From the human T2T-CHM13v2.0 reference genome, Homo sapiens: a DNA stretch of 64,000 nt. Shown here in pieces: positions 11,773 through 23,672 of this stretch. A program made the position numbers and the translations under genes. The stretch lies in assembly GCF_009914755.1 (NCBI RefSeq), contig NC_060928.1, one strand, 5' to 3'. How positions within the stretch are numbered: the stretch's first letter is position 1; each line of letters begins with the position of its first letter. A model generated the notes under the pieces. That model had not been told where the DNA came from, ran no database searches, and worked only from the letters and a program-made list of their open reading frames with translations.

Positions 11773-14700
11773 GATTCTCAGAAACTTATTTGTGATGTGT
11801 GTCCTAAACGAACACAGTTGAACCTTTGTTTAGATACAGCATTTTGGAAACACTCCTTTTGTAGGATCTGCAGGTGGATATTTGGATAGATTTTAAGATT
11901 TCGTTGGAAACGGGAGTTTCTTCATAGAAACTCAAGACAGATGCATTCTCAGAAACATCTCTGTGATGTTTGCATTCCACTCATAGAGTTGAAAACTTCC
12001 TTTCATAGAGCAGGTTTGAAACACTCTTTTTGTAATATTTGGAAGTGGACATTTGCAGCGCTTTGAGGCCTATGGTGAAAAAGGAAATATCTTCTCATAA
12101 AAACCAGAAACAAGCATTCTCAGAAACTTCTTTTTGATGTGTGTACTCAAGTAACAGAGTTGAACCTTCCTTTTGACACAGCAGTTTTGAAACAATCTTT
12201 TTGTAGAATCTGCAAGTGGATATTTGGATAGCTTTGAGGATTTCGTTGGAAACGGGATATCTTCATATAAAATCTAGACAGAAGCATTCTCAGAAACTTC
12301 TTTGTGCTGTATGTCCTCAATTAACAGAGTTGAACCATTGCTTGGATACAGCATTTTGGAAACATTCCTTGAGTAGAATCTGCAAGTTGATATTGAGATA
12401 GATTTGAAGATTTCGTTGGAAAAGGGAATATCTCCATATAAAATCTAGACGGAAGCATTCTCAGAAACTGCTTTGTGATGTTTCCATTCAAGTCACAGAG
12501 TTGAATATTCCCTTTTATAGAGCACGTTTGAAACACTCTTTCTGCACTATCTGGAAGTGGACATTTCGAGCGCTTTGAGGCCTATGGTGAAAAAGGAAAT
12601 ATCTTCCCATAAAAATTAGACAGAAGCATTCTCAGAAACTTGTTTGTGATGTGTGTATTCAACTAACAGAGTTGAACTTTTGTTTTTACAGAGCCGTTTT
12701 AAAACACTCTTTTTGTGGAATCAGAAAGTGGATATTCGGATGGCTCTGAGGATTTCGTTGGAAGCGGGATTACATATAAAATCTAGAGAGAAGCATTCTC
12801 AGGAACTTCTTTGTGATGTTTGCATTGAAGTCACAGAATTGAACATTCACTTTGATAGAGCAGGTTTGAAACACTCATTCTGTAGTATCTGGAAGTGGAC
12901 ATTTCAAGCGCTTTCAGGCCTATGGTGAAAAAGGAAATATCTTCGAATAAAAACTAGACAGAAGCATCCTCAGAAACTTATTTGTGATGTGTGTCCTCAA
13001 CTAACAGAGTTGAAACTTTGTTTTGATACAGCATTTTGGAAACACTCCTTTTGTAGAATCTGCAGGTGGATATGTGGATAGCTCTGAAGATTTCGTTGGA
13101 AACGGGAATTTCTTCATATAAAATCAAACAGAAGCATTCTCAGAAACTTCTCAGTGATGTTTGCATTCAGCTCATGGAGTTGAACACTTCCTTTCATAGA
13201 GCCGGTTTGAAACACTCTTTCTGCACTACCTGGAAGAGGCCATTTCGAGCGCTTTGAGTCCTATGGTGAAAAAGGAAATATCTTCTCATAAAAACCAGAA
13301 AGAAGCATTCTCAGAAACTTCTTTGTGTTGTGTGTACTCATGTAACAGTGTTGAACCATCCTTTTGACAGAGCAGTTTTGAAACACTCTTTTTGTAGAAT
13401 CTGCAAGTGGATATTTGGATAGCTTTGAGGATTTCGTTGGAAACGGGATGACATATAATATCTAGAGAGAAGCATTCTCAGGAACTTCTTTGTGCTGTTT
13501 GCATTCAAGTCACAGAATTGAACATTCCCTTTCATAGAGCAGATTTGAAACACTCTTTCTCTAGTATCTGGAAGTGGGCATTTCAAGCGCTTTCAGGCCT
13601 ATTGAGAGAAAGGAAATACCTTCAAATAAAAACTAGACAGAAGCATTCTCAGAAACTTGTTTGTGATGTGTGTATTCAACTAACAGAGTTGAACTTTTGT
13701 TTTTACAGAGCCGTTTTAAAACACTCTTTTTGTGGAATCAGAAAGTGGATATTCGGATGGCTCTGAGGATTTCGTTGGAAGCGGGATTACATATAAAATC
13801 TAGAGAGAAGCATTCTCAGGAACTTCTTTGTGATGTTTGCATTGAAGTCACAGAATTGAACATTCACTTTGATAGAGCAGGTTTGAAACACTCATTCTGT
13901 AGTATCTGGAAGTGGACAATTCAAGCGCTTTCAGGCCTATGGTGAGAAAGGAAATATCTTCGAATAAAAACTAGACAGAAGCATCCTCAGAAACTTATTT
14001 GTGATGTGTGTCCTCAACTAACAGAGTTGAAACTTTGTTTTGATACAGCATTTTGGAAACACTCTTTTTGTAGAATCTGCAGGTGGATATTTGGATAGCT
14101 TAGAGGGATTCGTTGGAAAGGGGATATCTTCATATAAAATCTAGACAGAAGCATTCTCAGAAACTTATTTGTGATGTGTGTCCTCAACTAACAGAGTTGA
14201 ACCTTGGTTTTGATACAGCATTTTGGAAACACTCCTTTTGTAGAATCTGCAGGTGGATATGTGGATAGCTCTGAAGATTTCGTTGGAAACGGGAATTTCT
14301 TCATATAAAATCAAACAGAAGCATTCTCAGAAACTTCTCAGTGATGTTTGCATTCAGCTCATGGAGTTGAACACTTCCTTTCATAGAGCCGGTTTGAAAC
14401 ACTCTTTCTGCACTACCTGGAAGAGGACATTTCGAGCGCTTTGAGTCCTATGGTGAAAAAGGAAATATCTTCTCATAAAAACCAGAAAGAAGCATTCTCA
14501 GAAACTTCTTTGTGTTGTGTGTACTCATGTAACAGTGTTGAACCATCCTTTTGACAGAGCAGTTTTGAAACACTCTTTTTGTAGAATCTGCAAGTGGATA
14601 TTTGGATAGCTTTGAGGATTTCGTTGGAAACGGGATGACATATAATATCTAGAGAGAAGCATACTCAGGAACTTCTTTGTGATGTTTGCATTCAAGTCAC

Positions 14701-16021
14701 AGAATTGAACATTCCCTTTCATAGAGCAGGTTTGAAACACTCTTTCTCTAGTATCTGGAAGTGGGCATTTCAAGCGCTTTCAGGCCTATGGAGAGAAAGG
14801 AAATACCTTCAAATAAAAACTAGACAGAAGCATTCTCAGAAACTTATTTGTGATGTGTGTCCTCAACTAACAGAGTTGAACCTTTGTTTTGATACAGCAT
14901 TTTGGAAACACTCCTTTTGTAGAATCTGCAGGTGGATATTTGGATAACTTTGAAGATTTCGTTGGAAACCGGAATATCTTCATATAAAATCAAGACAGAA
15001 GCATTCTCGGAAACATCTCTGTGATGTTTGCATTCAACTCAGTAGAGTTGAACACTTCCTTTCATAGAGCAGGTTTGAAACACTCTTTCTGCACTACCTG
15101 GAAGCGGACATTTCGAGCGCTTTGAGGCCTATGGTGAAAAAGGAAATATCTTCTCATAAAAACCAGAAAGAAGCATTCTCAGAAACTTCTTTGTGTTGTG
15201 TGTACTCAAGTAACAGTGTTGAACCTTCCTTTTGACACAGCAGTTTTGAAACACTCTTTTGGTAGAATCTGCAAGTGGATATTTGGATAGCTTTGAGGAT
15301 TTCGTTGGAAACGGGTTATCTTCATATAAAATCCAGACAGGAGCATTCTCAGAAACTTCTTTGTGCTGCATGTCCTCAATTCACAGAGCTGAACCTTTGT
15401 TTGGATACAGCATTTTGGAAACATTCCTTTAGTAGAATCTGCAAGTTGATATTTAGATAGCTTTGAAGATTTCGTTGGAAACGGGAATATCTTCATAGAA
15501 AATCTAGACGGAAGCATTCTCAGAAACTGCTTTGTGATGTTTGCATTCAAGTCACAGAGTTGAATATTCCCTTTTATAGAGTAGGTTTGAAACACTCTTT
15601 TGGCACTACCTGGAAGTGGATATTTCGAGCTCTTTGAGGCCTATGGTTAAAAGGAAATATCTTCCCATAAAAACTAGACAGAAGCCGTCTCAGAAACTTG
15701 TTTGTGATGTGTGTATTCAACTAACAGAGTTGAACATTTCTGTTACAGAGCAATTTTAAAACACTCTTTTTGTGGAATCTGAAAGTGGATAATTGGATAG
15801 CTTTGTGGATTTCGTTGGAAACGGGATGACGTATAAAATCTAGAGAGAAGCATTCTCAGGAACTTCTTTGTGATGTTTGCATTCAAGTCACAGAATTGAA
15901 CATTCCCTTTCATAGAGCAGGTTTGAAACACTCTTTCTCTAGTATCTGGAAGTGGGCATTTCAAGCGCTTTCAGGCCTATGGAGAGAAAGGAAATACCTT
16001 CAAATAAAAACTAGACAGAAG
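11773..16021 (+). repeat. HOR unit 4, 25-mer variant, 4249 bp; last monomer is m12-type instead of m19
   Basis: Anchor spacing 12216 to 16465 is 4249. The extra block is 12627-13643. Positions 15851-16021 carry m12 diagnostics (CATTCCCTTT, AGTGGGCATT, CTATGGAGAG, AATACCTT). Confidence 0.92.
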
Positions 16022-19000
16022 CATTCTCAGAAACTTATTTGTGATGTGTGTCCTCAACTAACAGAGTTGAACCTTTGTTTTGATACAGCATTTTGGAAAC
16101 ACTCCTTTTGTAGGATCTGCAGGTGGATATTTGGATAGATTTTAAGATTTCGTTGGAAACGGGAGTTTCTTCATAGAAACTCAAGACAGATGCATTCTCA
16201 GAAACATCTCTGTGATGTTTGCATTCCACTCATAGATTTGAAAACTTCCTTTCATAGAGCAGGTTTGAAACACTCTTTTTGTAATATTTGGAAGTGGACA
16301 TTTGCAGCGCTTTGAGGCCTATGGTGAAAAAGGAAATATCTTCTCATAAAAACCAGAAACAAGCATTCTCAGAAACTTCTTTTTGATGTGTGTACTCAAG
16401 TAACAGAGTTGAACCTTCCTTTTGACACAGCAGTTTTGAAACAATCTTTTTGTAGAATCTGCAAGTGGATATTTGGATAGCTTTGAGGATTTCGTTGGAA
16501 ACGGGATATCTTCATATAAAATCTAGACAGAAGCATTCTCAGAAACTTCTTTGTGCTGTATGTCCTCAATTAACAGAGTTGAACCATTGCTTGGATACAG
16601 CATTTTGGAAACATTCCTTGAGTAGAATCTGCAAGTTGATATTGAGATAGATTTGAAGATTTCGTTGGAAAAGGGAATATCTCCATATAAAATCTAGAGG
16701 GAAGCATTCTCAGAAACTGCTCTGTGATGTTTCCATTCAAGTCACAGAGTTGAATATTCCCTTTTATAGAGCACGTTTGAAACACTCTTTCTGCACTATC
16801 TGGAAGTGGACATTTCGAGCGCTTTGAGGCCTATGGTGAAAAAGGAAATATCTTCCCATAAAAACCAGACAGAAGCATTCTCAGAAACTTGTTTGTGATG
16901 TGTGTATTCAACTAACAGAGTTGAACTTTTGTTTTTACAGAGCCGTTTTAAAACACTCTTTTTGTGGAATCAGAAAGTGGATATTCGGATGGCTCTGAGG
17001 ATTTCGTTGGAAGCGGGATTACATATAAAATCTAGAGAGAAGCATTCTCAGGAACTTCTTTGTGATGTTTGCATTGAAGTCACAGAATTGAACATTCACT
17101 TTGATAGAGCAGGTTTGAAACACTCATTCTGTAGTATCTGGAAGTGGACATTTCAAGCGCTTTCAGGCCTATGGTGAGAAAGGAAATATCTTCGAATAAA
17201 AACTAGACAGAAGCATCCTCAGAAACTTATTTGTGATGTGTGTCCTCAACTAACAGAGTTGAAACTTTGTTTTGATACAGCATTTTGGAAACACTCTTTT
17301 TGTAGAATCTGCAGGTGGATATTTGGATAGCTTAGAGGGATTCGTTGGAAAGGGGATATCTTCATATAAAATCTAGACAGAAGCATTCTCAGAAACTTAT
17401 TTGTGATGTGTGTCCTCAACTAACAGAGTTGAACCTTGGTTTTGATACAGCATTTTGGAAACACTCCTTTTGTAGAATCTGCAGGTGGATATGTGGATAG
17501 CTCTGAAGATTTCGTTGGAAACGGGAATTTCTTCATATAAAATCAAACAGAAGCATTCTCAGAAACTTCTCAGTGATGTTTGCATTCAGCTCATGGAGTT
17601 GAACACTTCCTTTCATAGAGCCGGTTTGAAACACTCTTTCTGCACTACCTGGAAGAGGCCATTTCGAGCGCTTTGAGTCCTATGGTGAAAAAGGAAATAT
17701 CTTCTCATAAAAACCAGAAAGAAGCATTCTCAGAAACTTCTTTGTGTTGTGTGTACTCATGTAACAGTGTTGAACCATCCTTTTGACAGAGCAGTTTTGA
17801 AACACTCTTTTTGTAGAATCTGCAAGTGGATATTTGGATAGCTTTGAGGATTTCGTTGGAAACGGGATGACATATAATATCTAGAGAGAAGCATTCTCAG
17901 GAACTTCTTTGTGCTGTTTGCATTCAAGTCACAGAATTGAACATTCCCTTTCATAGAGCAGATTTGAAACACTCTTTCTCTAGTATCTGGAAGTGGGCAT
18001 TTCAAGCGCTTTCAGGCCTATTGAGAGAAAGGAAATACCTTCAAATAAAAACTAGACAGAAGCATTCTCAGAAACTTGTTTGTGATGTGTGTATTCAACT
18101 AACAGAGTTGAACTTTTGTTTTTACAGAGCCGTTTTAAAACACTCTTTTTGTGGAATCAGAAAGTGGATATTCGGATGGCTCTGAGGATTTCGTTGGAAG
18201 CGGGATTACATATAAAATCTAGAGAGAAGCATTCTCAGGAACTTCTTTGTGATGTTTGCATTGAAGTCACAGAATTGAACATTCACTTTGATAGAGCAGG
18301 TTTGAAACACTCATTCTGTAGTATCTGGAAGTGGACAATTCAAGCGCTTTCAGGCCTATGGTGAGAAAGGAAATATCTTCGAATAAAAACTAGACAGAAG
18401 CATCCTCAGAAACTTATTTGTGATGTGTGTCCTCAACTAACAGAGTTGAAACTTTGTTTTGATACAGCATTTTGGAAACACTCTTTTTGTAGAATCTGCA
18501 GGTGGATATTTGGATAGCTTAGAGGGATTCGTTGGAAAGGGGATATCTTCATATAAAATCTAGACAGAAGCATTCTCAGAAACTTATTTGTGATGTGTGT
18601 CCTCAACTAACAGAGTTGAACCTTGGTTTTGATACAGCATTTTGGAAACACTCCTTTTGTAGAATCTGCAGGTGGATATGTGGATAGCTCTGAAGATTTC
18701 GTTGGAAACGGGAATTTCTTCATATAAAATCAAACAGAAGCATTCTCAGAAACTTCTCAGTGATGTTTGCATTCAGCTCATGGAGTTGAACACTTCCTTT
18801 CATAGAGCCGGTTTGAAACACTCTTTCTGCACTACCTGGAAGAGGACATTTCGAGCGCTTTGAGTCCTATGGTGAAAAAGGAAATATCTTCTCATAAAAA
18901 CCAGAAAGAAGCATTCTCAGAAACTTCTTTGTGTTGTGTGTACTCATGTAACAGTGTTGAACCATCCTTTTGACAGAGCAGTTTTGAAACACTCTTTTTG

Positions 19001-20440
19001 TAGAATCTGCAAGTGGATATTTGGATAGCTTTGAGGATTTCGTTGGAAACGGGATGACATATAATATCTAGAGAGAAGCATACTCAGGAACTTCTTTGTG
19101 ATGTTTGCATTCAAGTCACAGAATTGAACATTCCCTTTCATAGAGCAGGTTTGAAACACTCTTTCTCTAGTATCTGGAAGTGGGCATTTCAAGCGCTTTC
19201 AGGCCTATGGAGAGAAAGGAAATACCTTCAAATAAAAACTAGACAGAAGCATTCTCAGAAACTTATTTGTGATGTGTGTCCTCAACTAACAGAGTTGAAC
19301 CTTTGTTTTGATACAGCATTTTGGAAACACTCCTTTTGTAGAATCTGCAGGTGGATATTTGGATAACTTTGAAGATTTCGTTGGAAACCGGAATATCTTC
19401 ATATAAAATCAAGACAGAAGCATTCTCGGAAACATCTCTGTGATGTTTGCATTCAACTCAGTAGAGTTGAACACTTCCTTTCATAGAGCAGGTTTGAAAC
19501 ACTCTTTCTGCACTACCTGGAAGCGGACATTTCGAGCGCTTTGAGGCCTATGGTGAAAAAGGAAATATCTTCTCATAAAAACCAGAAAGAAGCATTCTCA
19601 GAAACTTCTTTGTGTTGTGTGTACTCAAGTAACAGTGTTGAACCTTCCTTTTGACACAGCAGTTTTGAAACACTCTTTTGGTAGAATCTGCAAGTGGATA
19701 TTTGGATAGCTTTGAGGATTTCGTTGGAAACGGGTTATCTTCATATAAAATCCAGACAGGAGCATTCTCAGAAACTTCTTTGTGCTGCATGTCCTCAATT
19801 CACAGAGCTGAACCTTTGTTTGGATACAGCATTTTGGAAACATTCCTTTAGTAGAATCTGCAAGTTGATATTTAGATAGCTTTGAAGATTTCGTTGGAAA
19901 CGGGAATATCTTCATAGAAAATCTAGACGGAAGCATTCTCAGAAACTGCTTTGTGATGTTTGCATTCAAGTCACAGAGTTGAATATTCCCTTTTATAGAG
20001 TAGGTTTGAAACACTCTTTCGGCACTACCTGGAAGTGGATATTTCGAGCTCTTTGAGGCCTATGGTTAAAAGGAAATATCTTCCCATAAAAACTAGACAG
20101 AAGCCGTCTCAGAAACTTGTTTGTGATGTGTGTATTCAACTACCAGAGTTGAACATTTCTGTTACAGAGCAATTTTAAAACACTCTTTTTGTGGAATCTG
20201 AAAGTGGATAATTGGATAGCTTTGTGGATTTCGTTGGAAACGGGATGACGTATAAAATCTAGAGAGAAGCATTCTCAGGAACTTCTTTCTGATGTTTGCA
20301 TTCAAGTCACAGAATTGAACATTCCTTTTCATAGTGCAGGTTTGAAACACTCTTTCTGTAGTATCTGGAAGTGGACATTTCAAGCGCTTTCAGGCCTACG
20401 GGGAGAAAGGAAATATCTTCAAATAAAAACTAGACAGAAG
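16022..20440 (+). repeat. HOR unit 5, 26-mer variant (m1-12, m6-19), 4419 bp
   Basis: Anchor spacing 16465 to 20884 is 4419 = 3232 + 1187. The 7-monomer block 16876-18062 has separate m8 and m9, and m6 restarts at 18063. The first monomer is an m13/m1 mosaic. Confidence 0.93.
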
Positions 20441-23400
20441 GATTCTCAGAAACTTATTTGTGATGTGTGTCCTAAACGAACACAGTTGAACCTTTGTTTA
20501 GATACAGCATTTTGGAAACACTCCTTTTGTAGGATCTGCAGGTGGATATTTGGATAGATTTTAAGATTTCGTTGGAAACGGGAGTTTCTTCATAGAAACT
20601 CAAGACAGATGCATTCTCAGAAACATCTCTGTGATGTTTGCATTCCACTCATAGAGTTGAAAACTTCCTTTCATAGAGCAGGTTTGAAACACTCTTTTTG
20701 TAATATTTGGAAGTGGACATTTGCAGCGCTTTGAGGCCTATGGTGAAAAAGGAAATATCTTCTCATAAAAACCAGAAACAAGCATTCTCAGAAACTTCTT
20801 TTTGATGTGTGTACTCAAGTAACAGAGTTGAACCTTCCTTTTGACACAGCAGTTTTGAAACAATCTTTTTGTAGAATCTGCAAGTGGATATTTGGATAGC
20901 TTTGAGGATTTCGTTGGAAACGGGATATCTTCATATAAAATCTAGACAGAAGCATTCTCAGAAACTTCTTTGTGCTGTATGTCCTCAATTAACAGAGTTG
21001 AACCATTGCTTGGATACAGCATTTTGGAAACATTCCTTGAGTAGAATCTGCAAGTTGATATTTAGATAGATTTGAAGATTTCGTTGGAAAAGGGAATATC
21101 TCCATATAAAATCTAGAGGGAAGCATTCTCAGAAACTGCTTTGTGATGTTTCCATTCAAGTCACAGAGTTGAATATTCCCTTTTATAGAGCACGTTTGAA
21201 ACACTCTTTCTGCACTATCTGGAAGTGGACATTTCGAGCGCTTTGAGGCCTATGGTGAAAAAGGAAATATCTTCCCATAAAAACTAGACAGAAGCATTCT
21301 CAGAAACTTGTTTGTGATGTGTGTATTCAACTAACAGAGTTGAACTTTTGTTTTTACAGAGCCGTTTTAAAACACTCTTTTTGTGGAATCAGAAAGTGGA
21401 TATTCGGATGGCTCTGAGGATTTCGTTGGAAGCGGGATTACATATAAAATCTAGAGAGAAGCATTCTCAGGAACTTCTTTGTGATGTTTGCATTGAAGTC
21501 ACAGAATTGAACATTCACTTTGATAGAGCAGGTTTGAAACACTCATTCTGTAGTATCTGGAAGTGGACATTTCAAGCGCTTTCAGGCCTATGGTGAGAAA
21601 GGAAATATCTTCGAATAAAAACTAGACAGAAGCATCCTCAGAAACTTATTTGTGATGTGTGTCCTCAACTAACAGAGTTGAAACTTTGTTTTGATACAGC
21701 ATTTTGGAAACACTCTTTTTGTAGAATCTGCAGGTGGATATTTGGATAGCTTAGAGGGATTCGTTGGAAAGGGGATATCTTCATATAAAATCTAGACAGA
21801 AGCATTCTCAGAAACTTATTTGTGATGTGTGTCCTCAACTAACAGAGTTGAACCTTGGTTTTGATACAGCATTTTGGAAACACTCCTTTTGTAGAATCTG
21901 CAGGTGGATATGTGGATAGCTCTGAAGATTTCGTTGGAAACGGGAATTTCTTCATATAAAATCAAACAGAAGCATTCTCAGAAACTTCTCAGTGATGTTT
22001 GCATTCAGCTCATGGAGTTGAACACTTCCTTTCATAGAGCCGGTTTGAAACACTCTTTCTGCACTACCTGGAAGAGGACATTTCGAGCGCTTTGAGTCCT
22101 ATGGTGAAAAAGGAAATATCTTCTCATAAAAACCAGAAAGAAGCATTCTCAGAAACTTCTTTGTGTTGTGTGTACTCATGTAACAGTGTTGAACCATCCT
22201 TTTGACAGAGCAGTTTTGAAACACTCTTTTTGTAGAATCTGCAAGTGGATATTTGGATAGCTTTGAGGATTTCGTTGGAAACGGGATGACATATAATATC
22301 TAGAGAGAAGCATACTCAGGAACTTCTTTGTGATGTTTGCATTCAAGTCACAGAATTGAACATTCCCTTTCATAGAGCAGGTTTGAAACACTCTTTCTCT
22401 AGTATCTGGAAGTGGGCATTTCAAGCGCTTTCAGGCCTATGGAGAGAAAGGAAATACCTTCAAATAAAAACTAGACAGAAGCATTCTCAGAAACTTATTT
22501 GTGATGTGTGTCCTCAACTAACAGAGTTGAACCTTTGTTTTGATACAGCATTTTGGAAACACTCCTTTTGTAGAATCTGCAGGTGGATATTTGGATAACT
22601 TTGAAGATTTCGTTGGAAACCGGAATATCTTCATATAAAATCAAGACAGAAGCATTCTCGGAAACATCTCTGTGATGTTTGCATTCAACTCAGTAGAGTT
22701 GAACACTTCCTTTCATAGAGCAGGTTTGAAACACTCTTTCTGCACTACCTGGAAGCGGACATTTCGAGCGCTTTGAGGCCTATGGTGAAAAAGGAAATAT
22801 CTTCTCATAAAAACCAGAAAGAAGCATTCTCAGAAACTTCTTTGTGTTGTGTGTACTCAAGTAACAGTGTTGAACCTTCCTTTTGACACAGCTGTTTTGA
22901 AACACTCTTTTGGTAGAATCTGCAAGTGGATATTTGGATAGGTTTGAGGATTTCGTTGGAAACGGGTTATCTTCATATAAAATCCAGACAGGAGCATTCT
23001 CAGAAACTTCTTTGTGCTGCATGTCCTCAATTCACAGAGCTGAACCTTTGTTTGGATACAGCATTTTGGAAACATTCCTTTAGTAGAATCTGCAAGTTGA
23101 TATTTAGATAGCTTTGAAGATTTCGTTGGAAACGGGAATATCTTCATAGAAAATCTAGACGGAAGCATTCTCAGAAACTGCTTTGTGATGTTTGCATTCA
23201 AGTCACAGAGTTGAATATTCCCTTTTATAGAGTAGGTTTGAAACACTCTTTCGGCACTACCTGGAAGTGGATATTTCGAGCTCTTTGAGGCCTATGGTTA
23301 AAAGGAAATATCTTCCCATAAAAACTAGACAGAAGCCGTCTCAGAAACTTGTTTGTGATGTGTGTATTCAACTACCAGAGTTGAACATTTCTGTTACAGA

Positions 23401-23672
23401 GCAATTTTAAAACACTCTTTTTGTGGAATCTGAAAGTGGATAATTGGATAGCTTTGTGGATTTCGTTGGAAACGGGATGACGTATAAAATCTAGAGAGAA
23501 GCATTCTCAGGAACTTCTTTGTGATGTTTGCATTCAAGTCACAGAATTGAACATTCCTTTTCATAGTGCAGGTTTGAAACACTCTTTCTGTAGTATCTGG
23601 AAGTGGACATTTCAAGCGCTTTCAGGCCTACGGGGAGAAAGGAAATATCTTCAAATAAAAACTAGACAGAAG
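20441..23672 (+). repeat. HOR unit 6, canonical 19-mer
   Basis: Anchor spacing 20884 to 24116 is 3232. Confidence 0.94.
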
